DNA of 64,000 bases, taken from assembly GCA_003142535.1 (NCBI GenBank), contig PLMQ01000018.1, positions 25,573 through 89,572 on the forward strand, written 5' to 3'. Positions within the stretch are counted from its first letter, which is position 1. The number at the start of each line of letters is the position of its first letter. Both the position numbers and the translations under genes were made by a program. Origin of the DNA: Syntrophaceae bacterium (GTDB lineage Bacteria > Desulfobacterota > Syntrophia > Syntrophales > Smithellaceae). Positions 29,214-37,745 of this stretch are shown piece after piece. The notes under the pieces were generated by a model. The model had not been told where the DNA came from. It saw nothing but the letters and a program-made list of their open reading frames with translations, and did no database searches.

Positions 29214-30176
29214 ATGAACAATTTAGTTACAGTTGTGATTCCTACTTATAAAAGACCTAATCAACTCAAACGAGCTATTGATAGTTGTTTAAGCCAAACA
29301 TATTCAAATGTTGAAATAATTGTTGTTGATGATAATTCCCCTGAAACAGAATACCGGAAAACAACTAAAGAAATTATGCGCCTGTATAATAATGAAAATA
29401 TTAAGTACATACAACATGACAAAAATAGAAATGGATCTGCTGCAAGAAATACCGGCTTAGCTAATGCAAATGGAAAATATATCACCTTTGTTGATGATGA
29501 TGATATTCTTTATCAAGAAAAATTAGCGAAGCAAGTAACTATTCTTGATCATAGTGATATTCAAATTGGTGGAGTTACGTGCGGATATGAATATTTAAGA
29601 AACGATGTTCGCTGCAAAGTCAACTATCCAATAAAAAGTGGAAACATGCAAAAAGATATCTTTTTGATCGAATGGGCAACTGGATCAAGTTCAGCCCCCC
29701 TTTATAAAACGGAAGCAATGCGAAGGATTAATGGCTATGATGAGAATTTTACAAGACTTCAGGATTGGGAAATGCTTATCCGCTTTTTTGAATTATACTC
29801 AATGGAGATGATTGATGAAGTATTAATTGCGGTGGATAAAGATGACCGCCAAAATGAATATAATATCCAAAGAATTATTGATATGGATCGCTTGTATATA
29901 GATAAATACAAAGATATAATTCACAGGTATGGATCAGAATATGCAGACGAAGTTACAAGAACTCAGCATTTATTTATTGCTGTCAAAGCATACAAAGTGG
30001 GAAAGCCGAATATTGCATTAAATTACACTTCTAAGGCAAGTGCAATAAAATCATTAACGCTTAAAGAACGATCTGTATTCCTTTTATATATGATATACTC
30101 TATACTACCATTTAAGGTTTTTCTATCAAATGTTTTTGGGAAAATTATTGAACATATAAAGTTTAAAAAAATATAG
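29214..30176 (+). CDS. family 2 glycosyltransferase
   Basis: Contains VTVVIPTYKRPNQLKRAIDSCLSQTY, VVDDNS and FVDDDD (DxD). The start is set at the ATG at 29214 behind GGAGA, because the track's 29-aa hydrophobic extension is doubtful. Confidence 0.8.
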   Translation: MNNLVTVVIPTYKRPNQLKRAIDSCLSQTYSNVEIIVVDDNSPETEYRKTTKEIMRLYNNENIKYIQHDKNRNGSAARNTGLANANGKYITFVDDDDILYQEKLAKQVTILDHSDIQIGGVTCGYEYLRNDVRCKVNYPIKSGNMQKDIFLIEWATGSSSAPLYKTEAMRRINGYDENFTRLQDWEMLIRFFELYSMEMIDEVLIAVDKDDRQNEYNIQRIIDMDRLYIDKYKDIIHRYGSEYADEVTRTQHLFIAVKAYKVGKPNIALNYTSKASAIKSLTLKERSVFLLYMIYSILPFKVFLSNVFGKIIEHIKFKKI

Positions 30177-30412
30177 GATTGAAGATATCCGGCAAAGCGT
30201 TTAACAGTTTCCGTAATATCACTTTCATAATCGGATCATAATTAATGATGTTTAGGTATTGACCAGTGCTTCTCGTATCTGCGTGGCTTGTTTCTGCAAA
30301 CTCGCAACCTGGTTGCGGTCTCCCAGTAATGCGGTGCAAAAACAAATAAAACTTATAAGCGGTGTCATAATCAGAAGATATAACGTAATGAAAAAAGATC
30401 GAATAATCATAA

Positions 30413-31807
30413 TTATTCTTTAACTTTTAAATGATTTTGCAAATAGTTTTTAAAATCAACATAGTTGTTAGTCATGGATAAAGCATTTCCCTTGCGTTCA
30501 TCAATGCCTTTCATGCTGGCGGGCAGTTCGGGAGTTAAACCTAAAAGTTTTTGAATTTCCTCCGGGAATTTGGCCGGATGTGCAGTTTCCAGCGATACTG
30601 CTAAACCTTTTGTTTTGGTTGCCTGAAAAAATGCTTCCAGTCCGGCCCAGCCTACTGCTCCGTGTTGTTCCAAAACAACATTATATAACTGATAAACTTT
30701 CTTTATTGTTTTTCTAGTTTCCTCATCAGAAATGCTCACCGAAAAAATGTGTTGCCGCATTTCCTCTAAATCAGGATTACTATGAACAACTCCTGCCCGG
30801 TCAACAGTGCCGCCGTAAAGCTCAAAAAACCGCGCCAGATTACTGGGATGTCCGACATTCATGGCATTAGAGATACATGCCCGGGACGGAGATACTTTCT
30901 TGTAGCTTCCATTTTTCAGGTAGTTAGGAAATTCATCATTTTCATTTGTCGGCATGACGAGTTTGGCTAGAGGCATTCCCATGCGCCGCGCGTATTCACA
31001 GCCGAGCGCATCGCCGAAATTGCCCGACGGTACGGAAAAAATAATTTCTTCTCCAGCTGCGGCCAGTTGAGCATAAGCATATATGTAATAAATAATTTGC
31101 GGCAAAATACGGCCAAAGTTGATGGAATTAGCGGACGTTAAATTAAACCTGGCGAGTGCCGGATCAGAAAAGGCCTGCTTGACTAAATTCTGGCAATCGT
31201 CGAATTTTCCGGAAACGGAAAGTGACTGCACGTTGCCGCCGATGGTATCGAGTTGCTTTTTTTGCCGAAGGCTGACTTCATCGGTCGGGTAAAGAATGGT
31301 AACATCAATCCCTATTACATCCTTAAAGGCTTTGCCCACAGCGCTGCCGGTATCGCCGGAAGTAGCCACAAGAATATTGAGTCTTTCGCCCTGAGGGCGA
31401 CAGTAACTCATTAAACGAGCCATCATCCGCGCGGCAAAATCCTTAAATGATGCCGTCGGTCCCTGATCCAGGCGCATTACAAATGTTCGACGACTGACTT
31501 CTTCCAGAGGCACCGGATAGTTATAGGCATCCTGCACCACATGAGTGAGCACTTCCACGGAAAATTCATCAGCAAGAAATGCCATGGCCACAAGCAGCGC
31601 AGTTTCCCAATAGGGCTTGCCTTTTAATTCCTGAATATCGTTTAATGATAACCGGGGAATGGAATCAGGCATGAACAACCCTTCATCAGGCGCTTGTCCG
31701 GTAAGCAAAGCTTCTTTAAAAGAAACTTTGCCCGCAAAAGGCTTAATCCCGGTGATATTTTTTAAGTCGCGATTGGTGCTGTAGTAGCGAATGGACATTT
31801 TGCTCAT
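30413..31807 (-). CDS. thrC: threonine synthase (long form)
   Basis: 464 aa with the PLP-lysine motif (GPTASFKDFA) and SGDTGSA. Confidence 0.9.
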   Translation of the reverse strand: MSKMSIRYYSTNRDLKNITGIKPFAGKVSFKEALLTGQAPDEGLFMPDSIPRLSLNDIQELKGKPYWETALLVAMAFLADEFSVEVLTHVVQDAYNYPVPLEEVSRRTFVMRLDQGPTASFKDFAARMMARLMSYCRPQGERLNILVATSGDTGSAVGKAFKDVIGIDVTILYPTDEVSLRQKKQLDTIGGNVQSLSVSGKFDDCQNLVKQAFSDPALARFNLTSANSINFGRILPQIIYYIYAYAQLAAAGEEIIFSVPSGNFGDALGCEYARRMGMPLAKLVMPTNENDEFPNYLKNGSYKKVSPSRACISNAMNVGHPSNLARFFELYGGTVDRAGVVHSNPDLEEMRQHIFSVSISDEETRKTIKKVYQLYNVVLEQHGAVGWAGLEAFFQATKTKGLAVSLETAHPAKFPEEIQKLLGLTPELPASMKGIDERKGNALSMTNNYVDFKNYLQNHLKVKE

Positions 31808-31990
31808 CCTCTTATTAATTAGTCTCTTTTTTTAACTCAGTATCGGAAATAAATCAATCACAAAGCGGCGACTCATGAAGTTACGGCAACGCCACTAATT
31901 CCAGTTGGAAAATATAGGCTTATATGTTAAAAATAAACATATGCGTTGATTCAAGATAATGCAAATTTTTTTGACAGGCCTTGAAAGAAA

Positions 31991-33043
31991 ATGAAAGAAA
32001 AAGAGATCATCCGCTTGACGGAAACAGTTCACAGCGCCGGTTGAGCCTGTAAGATAGGTCCGGGTGACCTGAAAGAAGCTCTGCGCGATTTGCCGCTGAT
32101 TCATGATCCTAATTTGCTGACTGGGATTGAACATGCGGAAGACGCGGGAGTGTATAAAATCAGCCCCGAGCTTGCGCTGGTGCAAACCGTTGATTTTTTT
32201 ACTCCCACTGTTGATGATCCTTACATATTCGGCCAGATTGCCGCAGTCAATGCGCTTAATGATGTTTATGCTATGGGCGGCAAGCCTCTGACGGCAATGA
32301 ACATCGTTTGTTTCCCTGTCCAGAAAATGAACATCGAAGTTTTACGGGAAGTCCTGCGCGGTGGGCTGGATAAAATGCGCGAAGCCGGGGTTTTGTTAGT
32401 CGGCGGGCACAGCGTGGAAGATAATGAAATCAAGTACGGCCTTTCCGTAACCGGTGTGATTCATCCCGATAAAGTCCTCTTTAATCACGGCGCACAAGCG
32501 GGAGATAGCCTCATTTTAACCAAGCCTCTGGGTACCGGAATAATCAGCACTGCCATTAAAGGAGGCGAGGCTGAGTCGCAGCAAATAGAAGAAGCGATTA
32601 ATTCCATGACTATGCTCAATAAAACGGCTGCCGAACTAATTGTTGCAGCAGGCGACATTCATGCCTGCACCGATATAACCGGTTTTGGTTTCTTAGGGCA
32701 CGCCTGTGAAATGATCGATGGCAGCGATGTCGGTTTACGCATTAACTCAGCGGCCGTCCCGATTTTCAGCGGCCTGCAGGAATTAGTGGAAACGGGATTT
32801 GTGCCGGGCGGCCTTTACCGAAATAAAAATTTCCGCCTTTCCCAAATCGAAACGCTGGATACTTGTCCCCCCTGGATATTAGAAGTTCTTTTCGATCCGC
32901 AAACTGCCGGCGGGCTATTTTTCAGCTTGCCGAAATCGCAGGCGCCGGAGCTTGTGGAAAAAATGCATCGGGCCGGAATCAGCGATGCCGCTATTGCCGG
33001 TGAAGTTGTAGCTGAACATCCGGGCAAAATTATTGTTTACTGA
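31991..33043 (+). CDS. selD: selenide, water dikinase (selenophosphate synthetase) with in-frame TGA = selenocysteine
   Basis: An ATG at 31991 is in frame with the track ORF 32090..33043. Translation gives MKEKEIIRLTETVHSAG-U-ACKIGPGDL, the SelD active-site loop, with the TGA at 32042-32044 where E. coli has Cys17. The rest of the protein is SelD-like (DFFTP, GGHS). Confidence 0.85.
32056..32070 (+). promoter_or_regulatory. candidate bacterial SECIS apical hairpin
   Basis: AGGTC-CGGGT-GACCT begins 11 nt after the UGA and its loop contains GGU. The stem is only 5-6 bp, so this is tentative. Confidence 0.45.
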
Positions 33044-33078
33044 GACAATAATCTCTTAAACATTTAAGCGCTTAAATC

Positions 33079-34152
33079 ATGAAATTTAAATCTTTTTTCA
33101 TCAAGAAAGAAACCGAGCTAAACTGGGCAAAGCTGATGGATTTGGTGCAGCCCAATGATTCCTTGCTTTTACTGATGTATGGCAGCCCTGATCCCGATGC
33201 CATTGCTTCGGCGATGGCTTTGCGTGAGCTTTTACAGCGCACCCGCGGGCTTGCCAAATGCAGTTTTGCCTCAACTGAACCATTGAACAGGCAACAAAAT
33301 TACGAGTTTATTTTTTCGATGCGCCTTAATATCCAGTCAATTAATCAAGTTGATTTATCTGCCTATCAGTTAATCGCGCTTATAGATGCGCAGCCATCTT
33401 TTCTTGGCGGCCCCTTAAGTTTTTTGCAGCCGCATATTGTTTTCGATCATCATCCGCGTGAAGGTAAATGGAAAGCAATGCTGGAAGATATCCGTCCTAA
33501 TTACGGCGCTTTATCCAGTATAATGACAGAGTATTTGCTTTGCGCCAATATAAAGATACCACGTAGCCTGCATACTGCCCTTCTCTATGGAATTAAAACA
33601 GACACGGATAATTTTGACCGCGACACTATTGCCGAAGATATCAACGCCTATACCTATCATACAAAATATGCCAACATGCCGCTCATCCGGCGCATTGAAC
33701 TCAATCAAACGCCGGACAGATTTTTAAAGTATTTCGACCATGCTTTCCATCATGTGAATAATTTTCGCGGTCGCAGGATTTGCTACTTGGGAAAAGTGGA
33801 AAGCCCCGATGTTTGCGTACAAGTGGCTGATTTTTTTCTGCGATTGATCGGCACTTATTACGTTGTTATCGCCGGCATTGTCGAAGACAAACTCATTATC
33901 ACTTTTCGCGGCGATGGTTACAGGCAGGATTGCGGCGCTCTTGCCCAAAATGCCTTTGGTTCATTCGGTAGCGGTGGCGGGCACAAGGGTGCTGCGCGCA
34001 TGGAAATTCCACTGAATGTTTTAAAAAAGCAGCTTGGCGATAATTTAGCGCAACATATTGTTGATCGATTTTTGATCGAAAATCTGAAAAGTGGACAAAA
34101 ATCAAAACAGGGTAAAAATGATTCGGCAACCAAGGGAGATAATAATTCATGA
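33079..34152 (+). CDS. DHH/DHHA1 phosphoesterase (NrnA-like)
   Basis: Contains the motifs SPDPDAIAS, FDHHP and GGGHKGAA (DHHA1). Confidence 0.7.
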   Translation: MKFKSFFIKKETELNWAKLMDLVQPNDSLLLLMYGSPDPDAIASAMALRELLQRTRGLAKCSFASTEPLNRQQNYEFIFSMRLNIQSINQVDLSAYQLIALIDAQPSFLGGPLSFLQPHIVFDHHPREGKWKAMLEDIRPNYGALSSIMTEYLLCANIKIPRSLHTALLYGIKTDTDNFDRDTIAEDINAYTYHTKYANMPLIRRIELNQTPDRFLKYFDHAFHHVNNFRGRRICYLGKVESPDVCVQVADFFLRLIGTYYVVIAGIVEDKLIITFRGDGYRQDCGALAQNAFGSFGSGGGHKGAARMEIPLNVLKKQLGDNLAQHIVDRFLIENLKSGQKSKQGKNDSATKGDNNS

Positions 34153-35192
34153 AAGAATTCGGGTTTAAAAAAGAAACAGCAACCGGCCGCTATCTCGATC
34201 CTTTTAACGGTTTTCAGGAAAAGCAGGTTGATTTTGAATTACGCTATGACGAAATTACCGGCGTCGCCTGCCATGTTTTACCTTATCGTCTGCGGCTTGC
34301 CCAAAAGCCCGATGTAGATGCATATCTGGAAAAATCACCGGAATCATTGTGCTCTTTTTGCCCGGGCTTGTTCGAAAAGTTAACACCCAAATATACACCG
34401 GATATAAATCCTACGGGAAAATTTCAATGTGGTGAAGCTTATCATTTTCCCAACGCTTTTCCTTACGATCAAAATAACGGCGTGGCAATTTTTTCCGCGC
34501 GTCATTTGGTTTACCTGAATGAATTAACCCCTGCTTTTATGCATGATGGATTTCGAGTCTGCGGCGATTATTTTCATCGCCTGGCCGAGATGAATTTGCG
34601 TTATAAATATTGCTCAATTAATTGGAATTATATGCCGCCGGCCGGCGGGGGAATGATCCATCCTCATTTACAGACTATTGCCGGACGCAAACCCAGCAGC
34701 TTTATGCAGCGTCTTTTGACCAGCGCCCAAAATTATTCCGTGGCAACTGGTAATAATTTATGGCAGAGTTTAATCCAATGGGAAAAAGAGACAAAAGAGA
34801 GGTTTATTGCTTCTACCGGTATAATCAGCTGGCTCGCGAGCTTTGCGCCGAAAGGCATGGCGGGGGAAATTGATTTTATTTTTCGGGAAAAGACTTCGTT
34901 TTTCGAATTAACCGAGGCCAATTTTGCCGAACTTCTCGACGGCTTAGCCAGGGTATTCCGCTACTTGTATGTGAGCAACTTCATAAGTTTCAATATGGTT
35001 CTCTACGCCCCGCTGCTCAGCGACCGTAACTTCTGGGTGCAGGGAAAAATTGTGCCGCGCTTTGTGGTTAATCCTCTGGGAACGAGTGATATCAATTATT
35101 TTGAAAAGCTACATAATGAAATTATCTGCCCGGTTGTCCCGGAAGAACTTTGCCGCGAATTACAGCCGTATTTTAATCAATCACCGGTATGA
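34149..35192 (+). CDS. GalT-like HIT-superfamily nucleotidyltransferase
   Basis: Contains CSFCPG (zinc knuckle) and the GGMIHPHLQ His-x-His motif. Overlaps the upstream gene by 4 nt. Confidence 0.55.
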   Translation: MKEFGFKKETATGRYLDPFNGFQEKQVDFELRYDEITGVACHVLPYRLRLAQKPDVDAYLEKSPESLCSFCPGLFEKLTPKYTPDINPTGKFQCGEAYHFPNAFPYDQNNGVAIFSARHLVYLNELTPAFMHDGFRVCGDYFHRLAEMNLRYKYCSINWNYMPPAGGGMIHPHLQTIAGRKPSSFMQRLLTSAQNYSVATGNNLWQSLIQWEKETKERFIASTGIISWLASFAPKGMAGEIDFIFREKTSFFELTEANFAELLDGLARVFRYLYVSNFISFNMVLYAPLLSDRNFWVQGKIVPRFVVNPLGTSDINYFEKLHNEIICPVVPEELCRELQPYFNQSPV

Positions 35193-35354
35193 ATACTCCG
35201 GCGACTAGCTATGCAGTATGGCACACAATCACAACTTCGGTCGCCTATATCCGGAGGGAAAATGTTATGCGAGAGCAAAAAATTTACCCGACCCTTTAGA
35301 CATTCACGAAAGAATAGTTTTTGTCTTTTTTCTGGCTCTTTGGCTTAGCGCAAT

Positions 35355-35456
35355 TTAGAAGACTTTGAAGTAAGACAATAAGAAAACAATAATGACAACA
35401 ACCAACACCGCCAATAAGACAAAATTGAATTTGCGTTTCTCTTTTATTACTGCCAT
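35355..35456 (-). CDS. possible 33-aa single-TM small protein
   Basis: MAVIKEKRKFNFVLLAVLVVVIIVFLLSYFKVF, preceded by the strong SD AAGGAGG 6 nt upstream. The only support is the RBS and the hydrophobic helix. Confidence 0.3.
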   Translation of the reverse strand: MAVIKEKRKFNFVLLAVLVVVIIVFLLSYFKVF

Positions 35457-35640
35457 CGTTCGCCTCCTTAGTTGTTACCGTTATTATAGTTCTTTCGCCG
35501 CCCCGGGGCATTGCCCTCAGTCTATCCACGCCTCTGAAAATTGTTACTAACTATTATACTATTAATTTTGATATTTGATAAAACATTGTTTCTTTCATAC
35601 AAAATATAAGAAAGTTCCGTTTGCATGTCAACATTTTTAT

Positions 35641-35850
35641 TAATGAGACTCCAATTTCAAAAGCGTAGCGAATTAAAATTGGTTAGTCGAATTATCCCGC
35701 ATAAGCGGCGGTAATGAGACTCCAATTTCAAAAGCGTAGCGAATAACCTAATAACCTAAAGGTTACGCGAGGTCACAAATTAAAATTGGTTAGTCGAATT
35801 ATCCCGCGTAAGCGGTGGTAGTGAGACTCCAATTCCAAAAGCAAAGCGAA
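35641..35850 (+). repeat. family-1 hairpin-module array, locus D (2 full modules plus a third truncated in its loop)
   Basis: The unit TAATGAGACTCCAATTTCAAAAGCGTAGCGAATTAAAATTGGTTAGTCGAATTATCCCGCATAAGCGGCGG is repeated. Unit 2 has a 36-nt loop insert at 35744-35779. Unit 3 stops after ..GCAAAGCGAA, where the first attC-like site begins. Confidence 0.85.
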
Positions 35851-35911
35851 TAACGAAAAAATCAGCGGGAGGCGGGCGTAGCCTGCCGATCCGCTGTATT
35901 GTCTGGTTATG
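35849..35911 (-). repeat. attC-like site 1
   Basis: Sequence is ATAACGAAAAAATCAGCGGG-AGGCGGGCGTAGCCTGCCGA-TCCGCTGTATTGTCTGGTTAT, with outer AAC...GTT boxes. It is 3' of hicA. Confidence 0.55.
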
Positions 35912-35934
35912 CCAATTCTTTAATTATATGCTTT

Positions 35935-36081
35935 TCAAAGGTGTTCATCTATTTCATCATGTCTTGGAACGGGCTGCTTTTTACCTGTTTTAGGATTAAT
36001 ATAAAGATCGTGACGGCCGCCGTGCCTTACAAACTCGCAGCCGAAGGAAGTGATTTTCTTAATAAGTTCTTTTCTCTTCAT
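35935..36081 (-). CDS. hicA: HicA-family mRNA interferase toxin (48 aa, below the ORF-track cutoff)
   Basis: Hand translation gives MKRKELIKKITSFGCEFVRHGGRHDLYINPKTGKKQPVPRHDEIDEHL. The ATG overlaps the hicB stop (ATGA). Confidence 0.7.
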   Translation of the reverse strand: MKRKELIKKITSFGCEFVRHGGRHDLYINPKTGKKQPVPRHDEIDEHL

Positions 36082-36275
36082 AGATTGAAAGCAAGTTCTC
36101 TAACATTATGATTTTCAGGAACATCTTCCATAGTCATGAGCATGTAGGCATCTTTCATATTCTCTTCAAGCTCTTCAAGAGTTTCACCCTGGGTCATTAT
36201 TTCTGGATGTTCAAACAATTTGCCTATCCAAAATTTTTCGCCCTTCCAATAAATCATTTTCAGTTTTGTTTCCAT
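36078..36275 (-). CDS. hicB: HicB-family antitoxin (UPF0150-like)
   Basis: METKLKMIYWKGEKFWIGKLFEHPEIMTQGETLEELEENMKDAY, starting at an ATG behind AGGAGG. The track's longer ORF (to 36359) runs into attC-like site 2. Confidence 0.65.
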   Translation of the reverse strand: METKLKMIYWKGEKFWIGKLFEHPEIMTQGETLEELEENMKDAYMLMTMEDVPENHNVRELAFNL

Positions 36276-36355
36276 ATTCTTACCTCCTGACAACAACTTT
36301 TGATAATAATACCATAAAAATTGAAAATTTTCCGTTTTATATTGCTGGTTTTCAG

Positions 36356-36413
36356 GCATAACGAAAAAATCAGCCGGAGCGTAGCGATTGGCTATATTGA
36401 TTTTGAGGTTATC
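36356..36413 (-). repeat. attC-like site 2
   Basis: Sequence is CATAACGAAAAAATCAGCCGG-AGCGTAGCGAT-TGGCTATATTGATTTTGAGGTTATC. The vapC stop codon (36409-36411) lies inside the outer box. Unpaired bases are on one arm only. Confidence 0.6.
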
Positions 36414-36777
36414 TTTTTTTTATGTATTTTATGCACAGGTTATCTGCAGCTTGCGCCAGTTTCTTATCTTGTGTCCAGATAGGAACACCTGTCAATACAG
36501 CGGATGTAATAAGGTGGACATCAACATAGCCCAACCCTTTTCCCATTAAACGGTTATTTTCTATAAATGACAATACTTCGTCATGTTCGGCTTCGATGCA
36601 CATCGGCAGCAATTGCAAAAACGAAAGGATGATTGCTCTGTCTTTGAGATTCCCGCAGGCAAGTTCGCCTGCAATCAATGGGTGGCATAGTACCCGTCCA
36701 TCATTGAGCAGGTTTGCAAGATCAGCATTTCCATCCCTCAAATGTGAAACCCAAACCGATGTATCCACAAGAACCAT
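36409..36777 (-). CDS. vapC: PIN-domain toxin VapC
   Basis: MVLVDTSVWVSHLR... carries the conserved acidic residues of a PIN domain. It lies 3 nt downstream of vapB. Confidence 0.8.
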   Translation of the reverse strand: MVLVDTSVWVSHLRDGNADLANLLNDGRVLCHPLIAGELACGNLKDRAIILSFLQLLPMCIEAEHDEVLSFIENNRLMGKGLGYVDVHLITSAVLTGVPIWTQDKKLAQAADNLCIKYIKKR

Positions 36778-36780
36778 TTC

Positions 36781-36975
36781 CTATACCGCTCCTTTTCTTC
36801 TCGGTATCGCTTTCAACTGCTTTTGAGTCCCACCGAGCCTTGCAAGCCTCTTGCCACTTTCTCTGGCAATAAGAGCCTCAAGTCCAAGCTTAACGAGGGC
36901 GGTCTTTTCCTTGATTCCAGTCATTTTGGATGCTTTGGCCAGCAGGTTATCTTCGATATTCAAAGTTGTTCTCAT
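36781..36975 (-). CDS. vapB: VapB-type antitoxin
   Basis: 64 aa (MRTTLNIEDNLLAKASKMTGIKEKTALVKLGLEALIARES), upstream of the PIN toxin. Confidence 0.75.
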   Translation of the reverse strand: MRTTLNIEDNLLAKASKMTGIKEKTALVKLGLEALIARESGKRLARLGGTQKQLKAIPRRKGAV

Positions 36976-37043
36976 AGCTTCATCTCATACAATTAGTATG
37001 CCTGAGTATGTATCATCTATGCATATCTGTCAAGTCATTCTTA

Positions 37044-37096
37044 GCTAACGATAAAATCGCCCGGAGCATAGCGATCGGGTGTATTGACTGGTTAAT
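37044..37096 (-). repeat. attC-like site 3
   Basis: Sequence is CTAACGATAAAATCGCCCGG-AGCATAGCGAT-CGGGTGTATTGACTGGTTAA. Confidence 0.55.
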
Positions 37097-37118
37097 AATT
37101 TTATTAAATATTTTAATA

Positions 37119-37673
37119 TCACTTTATTTTATCAAGCCACTTCTTAATGGAAAGAAAAAATTTCATAAAGACATTCGACCCTATCGTCATTAATACTATT
37201 GTGTCGCGTGTAGATGAAGATGATATTTTGTTTTGAGAGAAATTAAAATCAGATTTACCCATTGATATTGCAAAACATTTACCTATGGCAAAAATAAGTT
37301 CATCCCAATCCGATGTTTTTCCCGTAATTGTATTTTGATATGTAGCGATTTCGTTGTTGACCGATTCCCATATACTGTCATTATTCGGTCGAATCATCAT
37401 GCTTGCTCTAATTATCTTGCTAAAAGAAACAAGAATTTCATCTTTCTTCTGTGCGTCGCCTGACCATAAGGTAAAAGCATAAATACAAGTAAATAGTTTT
37501 AATGCGTAAATATGAAATCGCAATTCAGTTTCTACGTTTGGATCAATTTGTTCAATTTCATAATTTTCTTTGTAAGATTGAATAGAAGAATTTGCCTCCT
37601 TATCCATAATACACAGAAAATACAAATGTTCGGCAATTTGATCTGGTGTATATTTTGTTTTGAAAATAGTCAT
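37119..37673 (-). CDS. cassette-encoded hypothetical protein (184 aa)
   Basis: The ORF is bounded by attC-like sites 3 and 4. The start is set at MTIFKTKY because the track's start (37703) lies inside site 4. No motif was recognised. Confidence 0.5.
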   Translation of the reverse strand: MTIFKTKYTPDQIAEHLYFLCIMDKEANSSIQSYKENYEIEQIDPNVETELRFHIYALKLFTCIYAFTLWSGDAQKKDEILVSFSKIIRASMMIRPNNDSIWESVNNEIATYQNTITGKTSDWDELIFAIGKCFAISMGKSDFNFSQNKISSSSTRDTIVLMTIGSNVFMKFFLSIKKWLDKIK

Positions 37674-37686
37674 GAAATTGCTCCAT

Positions 37687-37740
37687 ATTAACGAAAAAAT
37701 CACCCGGAGCGTAACGATCGGGTGTATTGACCTTGTTATA
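37687..37740 (-). repeat. attC-like site 4
   Basis: Sequence is TTAACGAAAAAATCACCCGG-AGCGTAACGAT-CGGGTGTATTGACCTTGTTAT. Confidence 0.55.
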
Positions 37741-37745
37741 GAATT

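Noticed and set aside
31895-32185. 96-aa minus-strand ORF upstream of selD
   Set aside because: It is antisense to the Sec-containing N-terminus of selD, which has a clear family motif. It has no support of its own.
35196-35262. Imperfect nested stem (CTCCGG-CGAC ... GTCG-CC-TATA-TCCGGAG) after the GalT-like gene, considered as a terminator
   Set aside because: It has a large internal bulge and no following T-run. It may be weak secondary structure only.
35296-35529. 77-aa minus-strand ORF
   Set aside because: It has no RBS and an odd composition. A different frame holds a short ORF with a strong SD (35355-35456), which I list as a low-confidence feature instead.
35899-36111. 70-aa plus-strand ORF at the left end of the cassette array
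   Set aside because: It is antisense to the 48-aa HicA gene, which has a recognisable toxin sequence and ATGA coupling to hicB.
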